NCBI GenBank assembly: GCA_034430475.1
Contig: DAOUEA010000009.1
Location: 107,578-171,577, forward strand
Direction of reading: 5' to 3'
Source of the DNA: Chloroflexota bacterium
GTDB taxonomy: Bacteria; Chloroflexota; Limnocylindria; Limnocylindrales; CSP1-4
DNA length: 64,000 bases
Within the stretch, counting starts at the first letter, position 1, and every line of letters begins with the position of its first letter. Both the position numbers and the translations under genes were made by a program. Below are positions 62,045 through 64,000 of the stretch, one piece after another. The notes under the pieces are model-generated. The model ran no database searches, was not told the origin of the DNA, and worked only from the letters and a program-made list of their open reading frames with translations.

Positions 62045-62358
62045 GGGCTGCCGATCGGCAGCAGCAGCACGAGGTGCGCTTTCAGTGGACGGAACTATCC
62101 GCACGGCTGCGGCAGGGACCGCTGGCGTGAGCAGCGGCACTGCTGCGCGCGGGAGATCTGTGCCCATCGAGAGCTAGCCGGGGCGGCGTAGCCGCCGGAC
62201 GAACCTCAGAGCCGTGGGCCAGATCGGGCCCCCGGCTCTTTTGATGCCCGACACGGCGCCCAAAGGCGCTTTGCCCCACGGGCAAGCCGCGAGCCCATTC
62301 CCCTTCCCTACCCCCCGGCTCGCGGCGAGAGACCGCGAGCCTCACCCGAGGAACAGCA
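62045..62358 (+). ncRNA. structured 5' leader / candidate riboswitch or attenuator upstream of the ABC-2 exporter (class not recognised)
   Basis: Several GC-rich hairpins read by eye: GCTGCC-GATC-GGCAGC, CCGCTG-N7-CAGCGG, GGCGGC-GTA-GCCGCC. An internal terminator lies at 62208-62242. Further hairpins follow (TTGCCC-CAC-GGGCAA, GGCTCGCG-N8-CGCGAGCC) before the GAGGA RBS. Confidence 0.5.
62208..62242 (+). terminator. intrinsic terminator-like hairpin inside the leader
   Basis: AGAGCCGTGGGCC-AGATCG-GGCCCCCGGCTCT (12 bp plus one T.C mismatch) followed by TTTG. Located 117 nt before the ATPase ATG. Confidence 0.55.
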
Positions 62359-63261
62359 ATGAGCATCGCGGTCCTGGACACGAACACGCCGGCCCACGGT
62401 TCCACCGTAGCGCCGGTACTCGAATCGGCAGCCAGCGCAGCCCGCCCGGCCGGCCCCGCGGCTCTGGTCGTGGACCGAGTCACCAAACGCTTCCGCGTGA
62501 ACCGCCGCAAGCCGCCGGTCACGGCCGTGGACGACATCTCGCTGGAGATCCAGCGCGGCGAGATCTACGGCCTGCTCGGCGCCAACGGCAGCGGCAAATC
62601 CACGCTCATCCGGCTCGTCAGCGGGCTCCTGTCGCTCGACGCCGGCCGGGTCGAGGTCTTCGGCCACGACCTGGTCCGCGAGGAGATGGCGGTCAAGCGG
62701 CTCATCAACCGGGTCAGCGTCGACGCCGCCTTCTTCAAGAAGCTCTCACCGGCCGAGAACCTCTCCTTCGCGGCCCGCCTCTACGGCCTGGATGCCCGTG
62801 ATGCACGGCGCAGGTCGATCGAGATCATGGCCCGCCTGGGCATCGGCGAGAAACGGCTCGGCCGCCCCGTCGAGGAGATGAGCCGGGGCATGCAGCAGAA
62901 GGTGGCCATCGCGCGAGCGATCCTGACCAGCCCCACGCTGCTGCTCCTGGACGAGCCGACGACCGGCCTCGACCCACGCTCCAAGCTGGACGTCCAGACG
63001 TTCGTCGAGGAGCTCAGGGCCGAGCACGACGCCACGATTCTGCTGACGACGCACGACCTGGCCGAGGCCGAAAGGCTGTGCGGGCGGATCGGGATCCTGG
63101 CCGGCGGACGGCTGACCGTGGAGGACACCCCCGAGCGCCTGAAGGCCCGGGTGGCCCTCGACCACGACCTGCCACCGACGCTAGAGAACGTGTTCATGCA
63201 GTACACCGGCCGCTCCCTGGACGACGACGTCGAGGAGGGCGAAACCGACCCGGATGACTAG
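62359..63261 (+). CDS. ABC-2-type exporter ATP-binding protein (DrrA/CcmA-like)
   Basis: GANGSGKST Walker A, MSRGMQQKVAIARAI signature, LLLDEPTTGLD Walker B. Has a ~35-aa N-terminal extension and an acidic C-terminal tail. Confidence 0.9.
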   Translation: MSIAVLDTNTPAHGSTVAPVLESAASAARPAGPAALVVDRVTKRFRVNRRKPPVTAVDDISLEIQRGEIYGLLGANGSGKSTLIRLVSGLLSLDAGRVEVFGHDLVREEMAVKRLINRVSVDAAFFKKLSPAENLSFAARLYGLDARDARRRSIEIMARLGIGEKRLGRPVEEMSRGMQQKVAIARAILTSPTLLLLDEPTTGLDPRSKLDVQTFVEELRAEHDATILLTTHDLAEAERLCGRIGILAGGRLTVEDTPERLKARVALDHDLPPTLENVFMQYTGRSLDDDVEEGETDPDD

Positions 63262-64000
63262 ACGGAGACCTCAAGTGATCACGCTACCGCGAGACGCACG
63301 CGCCAGCTTCGCGTTCGTCGAGCGCAACTTCAACCTGACGAAGCGCTACTGGGGCTGGGAGGTCGCATTCCTGGTCTACGCCATCGCCGGCTCGCTGTCG
63401 GTCTCGCTGATCGGGCAATCGATCGGCGACCGGCGGCTGCTCATGTCCCTGGTCGTCGGCGCCGTCTTCTGGAACTACCTGTCAGTGGTGTTCCAGTCGA
63501 TCGGCGACACGATCACCTGGGAACGCTGGGAAGGCACCCTCGAGTACACGATGATGGCTCCCGTTCGGCGTTCGGTTCAGCTGCTCGGCTCGGCGTTCTA
63601 CGCCGTGCTGTACGGCCTGGCCCACACGACGGTACTGCTCATCGTGCTCGCCCTGTTCTTCTCACTGGACCTGGGCCACGCCAATTTCGGCGCGGCCGCG
63701 GTCTTCATGGTGGTCGGGTCGGCCAGCCTGATCGGCATCGGCATGCTGGCCGCGATCCTGCCCATGATGTCGGTGGAGCGCGGCTCGCAGATGGTCTTCG
63801 TCCTGCAGTCGTGCCTGCTGCTCATCAGCGGCGTGTACTACTCGGTCGACATCCTGCCCGGCTGGATGCAGGTCCTGTCGCGCGTCTCGCCGGCAACGTA
63901 CGTCCTGGACGCGGTGCGCAAGGCCCTGATCGACGGTGCGCCGATCGACACGCTCCTGCCGGATCTGTGGCCCCTCCTGATAATGGCCGTGGTCTTCATC
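63254..64000 (+). CDS. ABC-2-type transporter permease (runs off the right edge)
   Basis: Open frame to the window end, so absent from the ORF track. ATG 63254 overlaps the ATPase stop; the alternative is GTG 63275 with GGAG 7 nt upstream. Translation ...FVERNFNLTKRYWGWEVAFLVYAIAG... with at least 5 TM helices and SRVSPATYVLDAVRKAL, typical of ABC-2 permeases. Confidence 0.85.
   Translation, partial: MTRRRPQVITLPRDARASFAFVERNFNLTKRYWGWEVAFLVYAIAGSLSVSLIGQSIGDRRLLMSLVVGAVFWNYLSVVFQSIGDTITWERWEGTLEYTMMAPVRRSVQLLGSAFYAVLYGLAHTTVLLIVLALFFSLDLGHANFGAAAVFMVVGSASLIGIGMLAAILPMMSVERGSQMVFVLQSCLLLISGVYYSVDILPGWMQVLSRVSPATYVLDAVRKALIDGAPIDTLLPDLWPLLIMAVVFI

Noticed and set aside
62045-62243. Partial resemblances of the ABC-2 leader to known RNAs: CCGGACGA (guanidine-III-like start), GGGACCGCUGGCG and GCCGCC-GGAC (ZTP/pfl-like words), and 6S or 6C RNA.
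   Set aside because: Only short word matches. The rest of each consensus is absent: the ACCCGG/CAGGACAA pseudoknot, CCGCCUGGGC, the 5'/3' closing stem of 6S, and the C-rich loops of 6C. The gene context also does not fit ZTP.

Overview
High-GC bacterial chromosomal window. The strong GGAGG-type ribosome-binding sites and a T-box-like leader suggest Chloroflexota or Actinomycetota, but that is inference only. It is densely coded and mostly housekeeping plus metabolic accessory genes. I found no transposase, integrase, CRISPR array or rRNA.

Supported content, left to right:
- A minus-strand operon: UvrD-type helicase/PD-(D/E)XK nuclease, HAD hydrolase, membrane protein, SAM methyltransferase.
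- DUF4446 and rarA.
- A vapBC toxin-antitoxin pair.
- A serine-pathway cluster: class-V aminotransferase, serA, histidine-phosphatase.
- A MoxR / DUF58 / transglutaminase triad.
- A cluster of zinc-ribbon proteins, three of them co-oriented directly downstream of valS.
- valS, preceded by a T-box-like leader with a Val GUA specifier.
- A YdiJ-like FAD/Fe-S oxidoreductase.
- tig-clpP-clpX.
- A ClC channel with an overlapping marR, divergent from a MacB/FtsX-type ABC exporter.
- tRNA-Leu(UAG), flanked by three degenerate 33-bp repeats.
- cinA, a cNMP-binding protein, an SGNH hydrolase, Mrp/ApbC and an amidohydrolase.
- An Ala/Lys/Pro-rich histone-H1-like protein and an IMPase-family gene.
- An L-arabinose block (araA-araD-araB plus a long class-II aldolase) joined to a visibly less GC-rich ytfQRT-yjfF-like furanose-type ABC importer.
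- A LacI-family regulator.
- An ABC-2 exporter behind a roughly 310-nt structured leader.

Most interesting observations:
1. A consensus-like promoter followed by about 200 nt of structured RNA and an intrinsic terminator, upstream of the ABC-2 exporter. I could not assign it to a riboswitch class.
2. The valS T-box-like leader has no U-tract terminator, so control appears translational.
3. One sugar ABC permease carries an extra transmembrane helix plus a Cys-containing extracytoplasmic domain, followed 4 nt later by an orphan beta-rich lipoprotein.
4. The zinc-ribbon gene set linked to valS.

All family calls rest on motifs read by eye. No database search was run.
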